Positions 42,656 to 54,649 are shown, numbered from the stretch's first letter. The stretch is 64,000 nucleotides of DNA from an uncultured Alphaproteobacteria bacterium (GCA_963712205.1 CAVQHF010000018.1:22173-86172), one strand, 5' to 3'. Made by a program: numbers and translations. The notes: generated by a model not told the origin, from the sequence alone.

Positions 42656-44404
42656 TTACCGCATTTCCGCGGGTGAATCAGCCCCAACAATCGCAAGGCC
42701 GGATCGCAGCACATAGAGCACGCCCTGCACCAGACCCAGTCTGGCACGGGTCAATTGTGGGTCGTTAACCTTAATAAAGCGTAATTCATTGTTGTCCGTG
42801 CCGCGATTCCAGTGGCCGTGGAAGGCGCTGGCGAGATCGTAGAGATAAAAGGCGATGCGGTGCGGCTCATGCGCCTGCGCCGCCGCTTCGATCACGCGCG
42901 GATATTCCGCGAGCTTGCGCACGAGCGCGATTTCCGCCTCGTCGGTCAGCCGTTCGAGATCGCCCGGCTCCACCACGACTTCACCGCCGAACTGCTCCGC
43001 CGCCTGACGGAACACCGAGTGGCAACGCGCACTGGCATATTGCACGTAGAAAACCGGATTGTCCTTGGACTGTTCCGTCACCTTGGCGAAATCGAAATCC
43101 AGCGGCTCGAGGTTCTTGCGGTAGAGCATCATGAACCGGACCGGGTCGCGCCCGACTTCGTCGACCACGTCGCGCAGCGTCACGAACTGGCCGGCCCGCT
43201 TCGACATGCGCACCGGCTCGCCGTTGCGATAGAGCTTGACGAGTTGGCACAGCAGCACCGTCAGCTTGACCGTACCGCCCGAAACGGCGCGCGCCAGCGC
43301 TTCCAGCCGCTTTACATAGCCGCCATGGTCGGCGCCAAGGACGTAGATCATCTCCGCGTAACCGCGTTTGTACTTGTCCATGAAGTAGGCGACGTCGGCG
43401 GCGAAATAGGTATAGGTCCCGTCCGACTTCACCAGCGGCCGGTCGATGTCGTCGCCGACCGCCGTTGAGCGGAACAGCGTCTGTTCGCGATCTTCCCAAT
43501 CCTCGGGAACCTGGCCTTTCGGCGGCGGCAACGTGCCCTTGTAGACATGGCCGTTCAGCGTCAGTTCGTTGATCGCCATACGAATGCGCTTCCCGCCATC
43601 GGCATGCAGGTCCCGCTCGGAGAAGAACACGTCGTGATGAACGTTGAGCGCGTCGAGGTCGGCGCGGATCATCCCCATCATGGCGTCGATCGACCGGTCC
43701 TTGACGATGGCAAGCGCCTCTTCCTCGGGCATTTCGAGAAGACCGCGGCCGAAATCCTTCGCCAGCGCCTCGCCGACCGGCACGAGGTAGTCGCCCGGAT
43801 AAAGTCCGTCCGGAATCTCGCTGATGGTCTCGCCGAGCGCCTCGCGGTAGCGCAGCATCACCGATTTGGCGAGCACGTCGATCTGCGCGCCGGCGTCGTT
43901 GATGTAATATTCCTTGGTCACCTCATAGCCGGCGAAACCGAGCAGGTTGGCAAGCGCATCGCCGACGACGGCGCCCCGGCAGTGGCCGACATGCATTGGC
44001 CCGGTCGGATTGGCGGAGACATACTCGACGTTGATCTTCGCGCCGCCACCGAGATCGGACCGGCCGTAATCGATTTCCTGCTCGAGCATCGTGCCCAGTT
44101 GCTTGCGCCAGAAACCGTCCGCCAGTTTCAGGTTCACGAAACCCGGACCGGCAATGCCCGCCGCCTCGACATCGCCGTCTTCGGCCAGCTTTTCGGCCAG
44201 TTTCTCGCCCAGTTCGCGCGGCGGCATGCCGGCCTGTTTGGCCAGCACCAGCGCCGCATTGGTGGCGATGTCGCCATGCGACGGGTCGCGCGGCGGTTCG
44301 ATGCCAAGTTTGGAGAAATCGAGCGCGCCGCCCTCTGCCGCCTGCACACCAAGCGACTCCACGGCCTTGATGACCCGATGACGGAAATCGGTGAAAATGT
44401 TCAT
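42656..44404 (-). CDS. argS: Arginine--tRNA ligase
   Basis: [38 protein letters not shown]. Confidence 0.98.
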   Translation of the reverse strand: MNIFTDFRHRVIKAVESLGVQAAEGGALDFSKLGIEPPRDPSHGDIATNAALVLAKQAGMPPRELGEKLAEKLAEDGDVEAAGIAGPGFVNLKLADGFWRKQLGTMLEQEIDYGRSDLGGGAKINVEYVSANPTGPMHVGHCRGAVVGDALANLLGFAGYEVTKEYYINDAGAQIDVLAKSVMLRYREALGETISEIPDGLYPGDYLVPVGEALAKDFGRGLLEMPEEEALAIVKDRSIDAMMGMIRADLDALNVHHDVFFSERDLHADGGKRIRMAINELTLNGHVYKGTLPPPKGQVPEDWEDREQTLFRSTAVGDDIDRPLVKSDGTYTYFAADVAYFMDKYKRGYAEMIYVLGADHGGYVKRLEALARAVSGGTVKLTVLLCQLVKLYRNGEPVRMSKRAGQFVTLRDVVDEVGRDPVRFMMLYRKNLEPLDFDFAKVTEQSKDNPVFYVQYASARCHSVFRQAAEQFGGEVVVEPGDLERLTDEAEIALVRKLAEYPRVIEAAAQAHEPHRIAFYLYDLASAFHGHWNRGTDNNELRFIKVNDPQLTRARLGLVQGVLYVLRSGLAIVGADSPAEMR

Positions 44405-44458
44405 GATCATGGTCCTGGATGAATTCGGGGAACCGGCATCCGGCTCGCGGAGGCGTGG

Positions 44459-45688
44459 CTATCGCAATTCCGGTGTGTGGTCAAACAGGCGCCGGTGTTC
44501 CGATTGCGCGAAAGTGTCCGTCATGCCCGCCAGATAGTCGGCGACGCGCCGCGCCAGCGCCGCTTCATCGAGCTGGGCGAACTGCGCCGACCAGATGCCG
44601 CCCATCTTTTCCGGATGCTCCATGAAGGCGGAAAACAGGTCGCGCACGATGTCTTCGGCCTGCGCGCGCACCCGCATCACGGTCGGATGGCGGTACATGT
44701 TGGCGAACATGAACGCCTTCAGTTCCTTTTCCAGCGCCGCCATCTCCGGCGAGAACACGGCCATGGTCTCTCCGGCCTCGTAGATGTCGGTGACCGATGC
44801 CGGTTTCAGCCGCTCGAGATTGGCCCTGGTCTGGGAGATCACGTTCTCGACCATGCGCGTGATCAGCCGGCGCGTCGTCTCGTGCCCCCGGCGGCTGTCG
44901 TCGAGACCGGGATAGAGCCCGTCGACCTCGTCGAGGATTTCGCGCGGCAACGTCACCTCGCGCAGCATGTCGAAGGTCAGGAGCCCGGCACGCAAGCCGT
45001 CGTCGATATCGTGCGTGTTGTACGCGATGTCGTCGGAAATCGCCGCCAGTTGCGCCTCCAGCCCTGCGTGCTTGTCGATTTCCAGATCGTTCAGCGCGCA
45101 ATAGTTGAGGATCGTCTGGGGAACCGGCCCGTGAACGCCTTTCCCCGTCACCGGATCGACCAGCGGCCCGTTGTGCTTGACCAGCCCTTCCAGCGTCTCC
45201 CAGGTCAGGTTCAGCCCGTCGAATTCCGCATAACGCCGCTCGAGCTTCGTCACCACCCGCAGCGCCTGGGCATTGTGGTCGAAACCGCCATACCCGGCCA
45301 TGCATTCGTCGAGCACGTCCTCGCCCGTATGGCCGAACGGCGTGTGTCCGAAATCGTGCACCAGCGCGACCGCCTCGGCGAGATCCTCGTCGAGCCGGAA
45401 GGCGCGCGCCAGTGCCCGGGCGATCTGCGACACCTCGATCGTGTGAGTCAGCCGCGTGCGGTAGTGGTCGCCCTCATGGCTGAAAAACACCTGCGTCTTG
45501 TGCTTCAGCCGGCGAAAGGCGGTCGAATGGACGATGCGGTCGCGGTCGCGCTGGAATTCGGTACGCGTCCGGCTGCGCGGCTCCTCGGTGAAACGTCCGC
45601 GGCTCTTCGCCGGATCGGTCGCATAGACCGCCCGTTCGCCAAGCCCGAAACCGATGCCCTGCAACGTTTCGTCGGATACCGGCTGCAT
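44459..45688 (-). CDS. dgt: Deoxyguanosinetriphosphate triphosphohydrolase-like protein
   Basis: [44 protein letters not shown]. Confidence 0.95.
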   Translation of the reverse strand: MQPVSDETLQGIGFGLGERAVYATDPAKSRGRFTEEPRSRTRTEFQRDRDRIVHSTAFRRLKHKTQVFFSHEGDHYRTRLTHTIEVSQIARALARAFRLDEDLAEAVALVHDFGHTPFGHTGEDVLDECMAGYGGFDHNAQALRVVTKLERRYAEFDGLNLTWETLEGLVKHNGPLVDPVTGKGVHGPVPQTILNYCALNDLEIDKHAGLEAQLAAISDDIAYNTHDIDDGLRAGLLTFDMLREVTLPREILDEVDGLYPGLDDSRRGHETTRRLITRMVENVISQTRANLERLKPASVTDIYEAGETMAVFSPEMAALEKELKAFMFANMYRHPTVMRVRAQAEDIVRDLFSAFMEHPEKMGGIWSAQFAQLDEAALARRVADYLAGMTDTFAQSEHRRLFDHTPELR

Positions 45689-45834
45689 GATCGCGTCACT
45701 CTCCCTGCCCCGCCGCCGATGACGCCCGTATTGACGCGGGCGGCGCTGCTTCATACCTATGATGGTACGAGTTGAACACCGTGTGAACCGAAACCGGCGA
45801 TGGGAACGAAATCATGACCGCGCATCCGGGAAAA

Positions 45835-46167
45835 ATGGCAGACAAGGACGTCATCGTGACGGACGCCTGCGCCGCGCGCGTATCGAAGATCCTGGCCGGC
45901 GAAACCGACAACCGCGCCCTGCGCATTTCGGTCGAAGGCGGTGGCTGCTCCGGCTTTTCCTACAAGTTCGACCTCGTCACCGGCCCCGCCGATGATGACA
46001 TCGTCATCGAAAAGAACGGCGCGACCGTGCTGATCAATTCCCTGTCCATGGTCTATCTCGCCGGATCGGAGATCGATTTCGTCGACGACCTGATCGGCCA
46101 GTCCTTCCAGATCCGTAATCCCAACGCGGTCGCCTCCTGCGGCTGCGGGACCAGTTTTTCCATCTGA
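45835..46167 (+). CDS. erpA: A-type Fe-S cluster carrier (ErpA/IscA); alternative start 45814
   Basis: GGGCSGFSY, NPNAVASCGCGTSF. Confidence 0.92.
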   Translation: MADKDVIVTDACAARVSKILAGETDNRALRISVEGGGCSGFSYKFDLVTGPADDDIVIEKNGATVLINSLSMVYLAGSEIDFVDDLIGQSFQIRNPNAVASCGCGTSFSI

Positions 46168-46182
46168 TCGCACTTAACTTCA

Positions 46183-46213
46183 ATAAAAAGGCCCGGATCG
46201 CTCCGGGCCTTTT
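46183..46213. terminator. Bidirectional intrinsic terminator
   Basis: AAAAAGGCCCGGA-TCGC-TCCGGGCCTTTT. Confidence 0.85.
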
Positions 46214-46258
46214 ATATCGTCATGGGGCAGGTTCCGCGACAGCGGCCCTTTATCCCTC

Positions 46259-47692
46259 CTACTTGCTTTTCGCTTCGGCGCCCTGGCTCGCCAGACCGCC
46301 AGCTTCTGCGTAAGCGACTTCGGCATCGCCCGCATCCTCGTCGTCGCCCGCCTCGACCGGGATCACGAGATTGAGCACGATCGCAATGATCGCCGCCGGA
46401 AGAAGCCCCGACGTCAGCAGGATCTGCGCGGTCTTGCCGAGGTGCTGCAGGGCGCCGGGTTCGAGCTGCAAACCGAGGCCGACGGAAAGCGCCAGGGCAA
46501 AGATCACCATGTTGCGGCGGTTCCATTTGACGTCGGAAAGCATGTTGACGCCGGCCGCCGCGACCATCCCGAACATCACGATGACGCCGCCGCCGAGCAC
46601 GTTGATCGGAACCGTCGAGACCACCGCGCCGAATTTCGGGACCAGGCCGCAGATGATCAGGAAGATCGCGCCATAGGTCACGACATGCCGGCTCATCACG
46701 CCGGTCATCGAGATCAGGCCGACATTCTGGCTGAACGAGGTGTTCGGCAGGCCGCCGAAGACGCCGGCAACCGCGGTGCCGAGACCGTCCGCGAAGGTCG
46801 CGCCGGAGATTTCCCTGTCGGTCGCCTCGCGGCCCGCACCGCCCTTGGTGATGCCGGACGTGTCGCCCACCGTCTCGATCGCCGACACGACCGCCATCAG
46901 GCACATGCCGATGATGATCGCCGCGTCGAACTCGACGCCCCACTTGAACGGCATCGGCAGTGCGAAAACCGCCGCGTTGCCGACATTGCCGAAGCTGACC
47001 TGCCCCATGAAGAAGGCGACGACATAGCCCGCGATCAGGCCGATCAGCACCGCGGCGACCGACAGAAGCCCGCGCGCGAAGAACTTGACCCCGAGCGTGA
47101 CCAGGATGACGACGATCGCCGGGAACCACATCGCCAGCGAACCGTATTCCGGCTTGCCGATCAGCGGAACGCCGCCGGCCGCGTACTGGATCCCGACCCG
47201 GATCAGTGCCAGGCCGATCATCAGCACGATCAGCCCGGTCACCAGCGGAGGCAGCGCGAAGCGGATGCGCCCGATCACCGTGCCGAGCAGGAAATGGAAG
47301 CAGCCGCCGATGGCGACGCCGGTCATCAGCCCGGCCATCCCGGCCACGCCCTGTCCGGCCACCGCCGGGATCATCACCGGCAGGAACGCGAAACTCGTGC
47401 CCTGGACGATCGGCAGCCGCGCGCCGACGGGGCCGGCACCGATCGTCTGGAACAGCGTGGCGATGCCCGCGAACAGCATCGACATCTGGATCATGTAGAT
47501 CATGCTCGGGAAATCCGGCGAGTTCGAGCCGAAGCCGAAACCGGCCGCGCCCGCCACGATGATCGCCGGCGTCACGTTCGAAACGAACATCGCCAGAACG
47601 TGCTGGATGCCGAGCGGCACGGCATGCGCCAGCGGTGGCGTATAATTGGGATCGCGCAGCTGTTCCGCCGTCCCGAGAGCTGTGTCTGCCAT
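46259..47692 (-). CDS. NCS2/NAT xanthine-uracil permease
   Basis: GIQHVLAMF, RLPIVQGTSF, ETVGD, FSQNVGLI..TGV. Confidence 0.95.
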   Translation of the reverse strand: MADTALGTAEQLRDPNYTPPLAHAVPLGIQHVLAMFVSNVTPAIIVAGAAGFGFGSNSPDFPSMIYMIQMSMLFAGIATLFQTIGAGPVGARLPIVQGTSFAFLPVMIPAVAGQGVAGMAGLMTGVAIGGCFHFLLGTVIGRIRFALPPLVTGLIVLMIGLALIRVGIQYAAGGVPLIGKPEYGSLAMWFPAIVVILVTLGVKFFARGLLSVAAVLIGLIAGYVVAFFMGQVSFGNVGNAAVFALPMPFKWGVEFDAAIIIGMCLMAVVSAIETVGDTSGITKGGAGREATDREISGATFADGLGTAVAGVFGGLPNTSFSQNVGLISMTGVMSRHVVTYGAIFLIICGLVPKFGAVVSTVPINVLGGGVIVMFGMVAAAGVNMLSDVKWNRRNMVIFALALSVGLGLQLEPGALQHLGKTAQILLTSGLLPAAIIAIVLNLVIPVEAGDDEDAGDAEVAYAEAGGLASQGAEAKSK

Positions 47693-47805
47693 TTCAGTCC
47701 CCTTCTCCTGAGAGATTTCCCTCTCCCATTGAAAAAGGCTACCCCATCGTGACAATCTGACAAGCAATCTTCGGCGCGCGCGCCCGGTTATCGGCAGGAA
47801 AATCA

Positions 47806-48588
47806 ATGAAAATCGCGACTTGGAACATCAACGGCATCAAGGCCCGGCTCGACACCGTGAAGAGTTGGCTGGAACAGGCCGCTCCCGACATCGCCTGTCT
47901 GCAGGAGATCAAATCCGTCGACGAGAACTTTCCGCGCGAGGAAATCGAAGCGCTGGGATACCAAGTCGAGACCCACGGCCAGAAGGGTTTCAACGGCGTC
48001 GCTCTGGTGTCGAAACTGCCCTTCGACGAGGTCAATCGCGGCCTCCCCGGCGACGACGGGGACGTGCAGGCGCGCTTCATCGAGGGCGTGTTCTCGACAC
48101 CCGGCGGCGTGTTGCGCGTCGTTTCGCTCTATCTGCCGAACGGCAACCCGGTCGACAGCGAGAAATTTCCCTACAAGCTGTCCTGGATGGACAGGCTGCA
48201 CGCATGGGCCGAGGACAGGCTCGCGCTCGAGGAGCCGTTCATCCTTGCCGGCGACTACAACGTCATCCCGATGCCGGAAGACTGCCACGATCCGAAAGTG
48301 TGGGAAGGCGACGCGCTGTTCCGCCCCGAAAGCCGCACCGCGTTCCGCAAACTGGTCAATCTCGGCCTGACCGAGGCCGTCCGCGCGGTCACCGACGCGC
48401 CGGGTGTCTACACGTTCTGGGACTATCAGGCCGGTGCCTGGCAGAAGAACAACGGCATCCGCATCGATCATCTCCTGCTGTCGCCGGAGGCCGCCAACCG
48501 GTTGCGTTCCGCCGAAATCGACAAGCATGTCCGCGCATGGGAAAAGCCGTCGGACCACGTTCCCGTCGTCATCGATTACGCCGCCTGA
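47806..48588 (+). CDS. xth: Exodeoxyribonuclease III
   Basis: MKIATWNINGI, LQEIK, GDYN, RIDH, SDHVPV. Confidence 0.97.
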   Translation: MKIATWNINGIKARLDTVKSWLEQAAPDIACLQEIKSVDENFPREEIEALGYQVETHGQKGFNGVALVSKLPFDEVNRGLPGDDGDVQARFIEGVFSTPGGVLRVVSLYLPNGNPVDSEKFPYKLSWMDRLHAWAEDRLALEEPFILAGDYNVIPMPEDCHDPKVWEGDALFRPESRTAFRKLVNLGLTEAVRAVTDAPGVYTFWDYQAGAWQKNNGIRIDHLLLSPEAANRLRSAEIDKHVRAWEKPSDHVPVVIDYAA

Positions 48589-48649
48589 ATGCACTTATTT
48601 GCCGATAGCGCCGGCTGTGTTATCCTGACCGAACCAGAGGAGTGAGGTC

Positions 48650-48925
48650 ATGCGATATCGTTCGGTGCTCTTTTCCGTCCTGATTGCGGCCGGTTCCTTG
48701 TCGGCAACCGGTGCTGCCCTTGCCGACGCCAACGGCAACTGCACCTGCCGCGGCAACGGCACCGACATTCCGGAAGGCGAGACCGTCTGCCTCAAGACGG
48801 CATCCGGCATGAAACTCGCGCGCTGCGCCCGGGTTCTCAACAACACGTCCTGGAAAATCCTGGAAAACGATTGCCCGACTGCGCAGGCGCCGCATCAATC
48901 CGACTGGAACGCCGCAAGAAGCTGA
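48650..48925 (+). CDS. Small secreted cysteine-rich protein
   Basis: Signal peptide ending ALA, then CTCR...VCL...ARC..VLNNTSW...CP; GAGG RBS. Confidence 0.8.
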   Translation: MRYRSVLFSVLIAAGSLSATGAALADANGNCTCRGNGTDIPEGETVCLKTASGMKLARCARVLNNTSWKILENDCPTAQAPHQSDWNAARS

Positions 48926-48931
48926 ACGGTT

Positions 48932-49735
48932 CTAGTTCTGGGCGGCGAGCGCGATCGCGGTGCGCCGGTCGGCTTCCGATGTCACGGCGAAAGCCTCTTC
49001 CTGCAGCGCGCGAATCCAGTGCCGCTCCGGCTCCTTCGCCTTGCTGAGTGCAGTCGTCAGGATCGACAGGCCGCGCACGGTCTTGCCGGAATCGAACAGG
49101 ATCTTGCCGAGCATCGCTTCCGAGCCGACATGGCCCTTGTGCGCCGCGAGGTTGAACCAGCGCGCCGCCTGCACCGGATCGGCCGGGCCGCCTTCGCCGG
49201 TCAGATACATCCGCCCGAGCTCGAATTGCGCGTCGGCGTCGCCGAACTGGCTCGCCGCCTGCAGGAACAGCTGCCGCGCGCGCATCGGATCGGCCGAAAT
49301 CGGTGAATTGGGAATACCGCGGCGCAGATAGTTCGCCAGCGACATCAGCGCATGCGCGACAAAGGTCTCGTCGCGCGTGCCGGGCGCGGCACCCTCGTTG
49401 ACGAGGCCCTCATAGAGCCGGAAAGCCTCATAGTCGTCTTCCTGCACGCCGTCGCCGGACGCATACATGGTCGCGAGCTTCCAGCGCGCGCCCGCATGGC
49501 CGCGCTCGGCGGCGTCGCGATAGGCTTTCAGCGCCTCGTCCTTGCGGCCGTCCTTGTAGGCGGTAAACCCGAACCGGAACAGCATCCACGGGCTCTTCTG
49601 GTCGCCGTCCTTCGACTGCGCAAGACACGGATCGACGCCGGCAGTCGCCAGCATCAGCGCGAGCCCGCACACAGCCGCGGTAAACGCGGTGCCGGTGCGG
49701 CTCTGGCTGTTCTCGTTGGACCGTATCGTGGTCAT
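48932..49735 (-). CDS. exoR: Sel1-repeat periplasmic protein, ExoR-like regulator of ExoS(ChvG)/ChvI
   Basis: Signal peptide; FRFGF.AYK.G.K, ARWKLA.MYA.GDGV..DDYEAF, FGDADAQFELG, EADRRTAIALA; xth-exoR-valS synteny. Confidence 0.85.
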   Translation of the reverse strand: MTTIRSNENSQSRTGTAFTAAVCGLALMLATAGVDPCLAQSKDGDQKSPWMLFRFGFTAYKDGRKDEALKAYRDAAERGHAGARWKLATMYASGDGVQEDDYEAFRLYEGLVNEGAAPGTRDETFVAHALMSLANYLRRGIPNSPISADPMRARQLFLQAASQFGDADAQFELGRMYLTGEGGPADPVQAARWFNLAAHKGHVGSEAMLGKILFDSGKTVRGLSILTTALSKAKEPERHWIRALQEEAFAVTSEADRRTAIALAAQN

Positions 49736-50157
49736 TTTGACAAACGCATTCCTGAATATCGGCGCAACTCGGTTTCACTTTTGCCCCGCCGGGATGGGGC
49801 ACGGTGCCGCGCATCGCCAACAGTCCGGGCGTAAATCCACAACACGCCAGAAGTATGATCTGTTTCGCTCGGCATTCCTTTTTCGGCAGCCACACCGGCG
49901 GGCAGCCGCGCGATCGCCTGCTCGGAAAGGCTCGCGGTATCCGGGAAGGAGCGATACGGCGCGCATGCCTGCCCGCCCGTCGTGTGACGGCTCGGCAAAC
50001 CGGCTTCCGAAATGACTTTCGCGTCCATCAATTCCTGTCCCTCGCCATCGCCGGTCATGTTGTCCGGTCGCCGCGCATTGATGCGATGCGCCGGGTTTAT
50101 GGCGGCATATGGGCACATGGCCCGTAAGGCGTTCTAAATGAAATCTTAGGCGGAAGG

Positions 50158-50175
50158 TGTTGCCAAATCGTCACA
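50158..50175. promoter_or_regulatory. Candidate TGTTGC-N6-GNNACA operator upstream of exoR
   Basis: TGTTGC-CAAATC-GTCACA; related sites at 51761 and 57120. Confidence 0.45.
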
Positions 50176-50245
50176 AGAACGGGCGTTTTCGCGGGATTGC
50201 TTCGACGGGAAAGCCGGAGCCTGTGATGTCGGACAAAAGACAAAG

Positions 50246-50270
50246 AAAAACCCCGCCGAAACGGCGGGGT
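50246..50270 (-). terminator. Intrinsic terminator of the outer-membrane protein gene
   Basis: ACCCCGCCG-TTT-CGGCGGGGT followed by TTTT on the minus strand. Confidence 0.85.
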
Positions 50271-50292
50271 CATTATCTAAAGTCTGTATCGG

Positions 50293-51529
50293 TCAGAAGT
50301 TGATATTGAACGATGCGCCAAGAGCAAATGACCAGTCGTTGCCGACTGAGTTCGCATAGGCCGCCCCCACGCCGCTTCCGCAAATTGTCCCGGGACCGTC
50401 AAGGCACGTCGCCGCTTGGGCGACGGAGCCACCCTGCAGATAGCTGACCGCGCCGCCGACACGGAATTCGCCGCCATTATCACCCTTCAGCGATACGCCG
50501 GTTGCGAGCGTGAACGTATCGTTATTGACGTCTTCCGTCGTCGACACGCCGGAATCCCAGGTCAGGCTGACCAGACCGGACAGATGATCGGTGAAGCTGT
50601 GGCCGATACCGCCTGTCACCGTCCAGCCGTCCTTGTAGAAGAAATCTTTCTGTCTGGCGGTGGTGGTCGTGTAGTTCAGTGTTTGCAGGACGCTCCAGTC
50701 GGTCCACTTGACCGAACCGAAGGCCAGCCATGTCGGCGCGATGCCCGACTGCGCCTTGACCTCGAAGCTCTGCGGCATCGTCGCCGAACCGACTGATGCC
50801 GGGTTCAAGACGCCGAAACCGGTAACCGAGAACGTCCCGGTCAGATTGTGTTCGACCTGGGACCGGTACATGGCCTGGACCCGCAGCGCGATCTCCGGGA
50901 TTTCGTAGGCCGCGCCGACGCGGTAACCGGGAACCATGCCTTCCGACAGTGAAAGCGCACCGATCGGCAACGAACTGACCGGTACAAGCGGAGAGCCGAT
51001 CCGGTTGCCCTCATTATAGGAGATCGACTCCAGGAAGCCGCCGCCGAGCAGCCAGAGATTGCCTTTGCCCGCGCTGAACTTGTACCCGCAGGTCAGGCCG
51101 AACTCGTCGGTCGAAAATTTCGTATACGCTGTTCCCGAAGGCTGCCCCGCGCCGTCCAGCGCATCCGCCCAGATACCGGCATTGATTGCCTGGGGACCAT
51201 ATGTCGCATTCGCACCAAAGGGCTGTGTGTAGGTGCCCGCGCAGCGAACATTGTCCGCAAGGTTCAATTTGATTGCGACGCCCGGGACCATATAGCTGTC
51301 CAGGTAGTTCCCGTCGGTGCTGGCAGTGGAGACGCCCATAACTGTGACGGTGTCGTATCCCCGTTTGCGGCGCGACATAGAGCGCGCCGGCACGCATGAC
51401 GAAATTGCCGTCCTCGAACAGGACGTCGGTATCTGCGGTGCCGCGGCTGAAGCCGCCCGCCAACGCGCTGCCCGAAAAGGCCGAGGCGAAAGCCAGGCCG
51501 ACAAGAAGTGTTTTGGATCCCCGAAGCAT
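50293..51529 (-). CDS. OmpP1/FadL-family outer-membrane transport protein (frameshift near 51365)
   Basis: Signal peptide then GGFSRGTADTDVLFE, YTQPFGA, GAAYEIPEIALR, QSGIAP.WLAFGSVKWTDWS, C-terminal Phe. Confidence 0.85.
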
Positions 51530-51760
51530 CCCATCCTCCACCAATGCTCTTCTCCTTTTTGATAAGAAGGCCGCCGTCTTTTCAAGCGCATTATGGCCGC
51601 AGGAACGCCACATTCCGTTAATTGGCCTTGTCGCCCCGACGTAAGTTTTGCGATTCTCGACCGACTTACCTTTACGTCAACGGAATGGATCGGCAAAAAA
51701 ACCGGCGAAATTCACCCGATTTTGGCGGATACAATGCAATTTCGCGCCGAAAAACGGCGT

Positions 51761-51778
51761 TGTTGCAAATCCGACACA
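51761..51778. promoter_or_regulatory. Candidate TGTTGC-N6-GNNACA operator upstream of the OMP gene
   Basis: TGTTGC-AAATCC-GACACA. Confidence 0.45.
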
Positions 51779-51834
51779 TTGGAAGAATTTGTTGTTGGGC
51801 GGTGGATATGCGCCACCGCCCGGGACCGGTGAGG

Positions 51835-54649
51835 TCAGCCGATCTGCTCGATGCGCGCCAGCGCGGCCTTCAGCGAGTCGCGTGCCGGAAGCGCTTCCTC
51901 CAGCTTCTCGCGCTCCGCCGCAACCACTTCCGGTTTGGCGTTCGCGACGAATTTCTCGTTGCCGAGTTTCCCCTCGAGCTTGGCGATATCCGCCTCGGCT
52001 TTCTGGATCGCCTTTTGCAGTCGGGCGCGTTCGGCAGTGACGTCGATCAGCCCGCCGAGCGGCAGGCAGGCCGTTGCCTCGCCGATCACGATCTGGGCCG
52101 AAGCCGGCGGAACCTCGGATTCGATGACGATGTCCTCGACGCGGGCGAGCCGCTTGATTGCCGGGTCGTGACTGAGAAGCCGAGCGCATGTCACGTCGTT
52201 TGCGCCGACCATCACCAGCGGCGCGGTCGCCGACGCCGGCACGTTCATCTCGGCGCGCACCGAGCGAATGCCGGTCACCAGTTCGATCAGCCAGTTGACC
52301 TCGTCCGCCGCGTCCGCGTCCTCGAAACCCGGCGCCGGCCATTCTGCATGGCACAGCAGCGTGTCGCGGCCCTCGGCCGTGAGCGCCCACAATTCCTCCG
52401 TCATGAACGGCATGAACGGGTGCAGCAGCTTGTAGACGCCGTCGAGCACATGCGCCGCGCAGGCCTGCGCCTCGGCCTTGGCGGCCTCGTCTTCGCCGTT
52501 GAAGACCGGCTTCAGCAAGTTCCAGATACCAGTCGCAGAACGTGTTCCACACGAAACGGTACGCAGCGCTCGCCGCATCGTTGAACCGGTACTGGTCGAT
52601 GCCCGCGGCGACGTCGCGCGCCGCGCGCGAAAATTCCGTCAGGATCCAGCGATTGATCTGCAGCTTGGCGTTGTCCGGATTGAAGTCGGGATCGTGCGCG
52701 ACGCCGTTCATCTGCGCGAACCGCGTCGCGTTCCAGAGCTTGGTGCCGAAATTTCGGTAGCCGGCGATGCGCGCCGGATCGAGCTTCACGTCGCGGCCCT
52801 GCGCCGCCATGATCGACAGCGTGAAGCGCAGCGCGTCGGCGCCGTATTCGTCGATCAGTTCCAGCGGGTCGATGACGTTGCCCTTCGACTTCGACATCTT
52901 CTGCCCGAACTTGTCGCGCACGAGCGCATGCACATAGACCGTGTCGAAGGGTTCGACGGGCGTGCCTTCGTCGTCCTTCATGAAGTGCAGGCCCATCATC
53001 ATCATCCGGGCCACCCAGAAGAAGATGATGTCGAATCCGGTCACCAGCGCGCTTGTCGGATACCAGGTCTTCAGCGCTTCCGTCTGTTCCGGCCAGCCAA
53101 GCGTCGAGAACGGCCACAGCGCCGAGGAGAACCATGTGTCCAGCACGTCCTCGTCACGCGTCAGCGCCACGTCCTCGCCGTAATGCGCACGCGCGGCAAC
53201 GGCGGCTTCCTCCTCGCTCTTTTCGACGAACACCGTCCCGTCCGGTCCGTACCAGGCCGGAATTTGATGCCCCCACCAGAGCTGGCGCGACACGCACCAT
53301 GGCTGGATGTTCTCCATCCAGTTGAAGTAGGTGTTCTCCCAGGTCTTCGGAACGAACTGCGTGCGCCCTTCCCTGACCGAGGCGATCGCCGGCTTGGCCA
53401 GCGTCGCCGCGTCGACATACCACTGGTCGGTCAGATAGGGCTCGATCGGCACGCCGCCGCGGTCGCCATGCGGCACCTGGTGCTTGTGCGGCTCGATGAG
53501 ATCGACGAGCCCCTTTTCCTCCATCATCGCGACGACCTTGTCGCGCGCGGCGAAGCGGTCGAGACCGTCGAGCGCATTCATCGCGGCGACCAGTTCCGGG
53601 CTCTGGTCGAGGCCGTAGTGGAAATCGGCGTTGCCCTTGAGCGTCACGCAGGCTTCCTCGTCGAGCACGTTGATCGCCGGAAGGTTCCGGCGCTTGCCGA
53701 CCTCGAAATCGTTGAAGTCATGCGCGGGCGTCATCTTCACCGCGCCGGTTCCCGCTTCCGGGTCCGGATATTCGTCCGCGACGATCGGGATCCTGCGCCC
53801 GACAAGCGGCAGCATCACATGTTTGCCGACGAGATTTTTGTAGCGCGGATCGTCGGGATGGACCGCGACACCGGTATCGCCGAGCATGGTTTCCGGCCGC
53901 GTGGTGGCAACGACGAGATAATCGCGCGTCTCGTATCCGGCCGGCTCGCCATCGGACGGTTTCCAGGCGGTGCGGTTGCCCTCCTCATCGAGATTGTAGG
54001 GATGCTCGTAGGTGGCGCCGTCGGCCAGCGGATAGCGGAAATGCCAGAGATGGCCGTCCACCTCGTGCTGCTCCACCTCGAGATCAGAAATCGCCGTGTG
54101 CAGTTTCGGGTCCCAGTTGACGAGCCGCTTGTCCTTGTAGATCAGCCCTTCCTTGTAGAGCTTGACGAAAACCTCCAGCACGGCCGCCGAAAGCCCTTCA
54201 TCCATCGTGAAGCGCTCGCGCGACCAGTCGCAGGACGCGCCAAGCCGCTTCAGCTGGTTGAAGATCATGCCGCCGGATTCGTTCTTCCACTGCCAGACGC
54301 GCTCGATGAACTTCTCGCGCCCCATTTCCCGGCGGGTCATGTTTTCGCCGCTCTGGGCGAGCTGGCGCTCGACGACCATCTGCGTGGCGATGCCGGCATG
54401 GTCCATGCCCGGCTGCCACAAAACGTTCATCCCCTTCATCCGGTGATAACGGACCAGGATGTCCTGCAGCGTGTTGTTGAGCGCATGGCCCATATGCAGC
54501 GAGCCGGTGACGTTCGGCGGCGGGATGACGATGCTGTAGGGATCCGCGCCTTCCTTCGCGCCCGCCCCGGCGGCGAACGCATCGGCCTCGTCCCATAATT
54601 TGGCAATTCTCGGTTCGACGCTGGCGGCGTCAAAGGTCTTGTCGAGCAT
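51835..54649 (-). CDS. valS: Valine--tRNA ligase (frameshift near 52520)
   Basis: [29 protein letters not shown], then [12 protein letters not shown] and the C-terminal coiled coil. Confidence 0.97.

Noticed and set aside
52478-54598. Long antisense ORFs (for example 706 aa opposite valS, 738 aa opposite secDF, 535 aa opposite tig, 655 aa at 3990)
   Set aside because: Typical shadow ORFs of high-GC coding sequence, with no recognisable domains.
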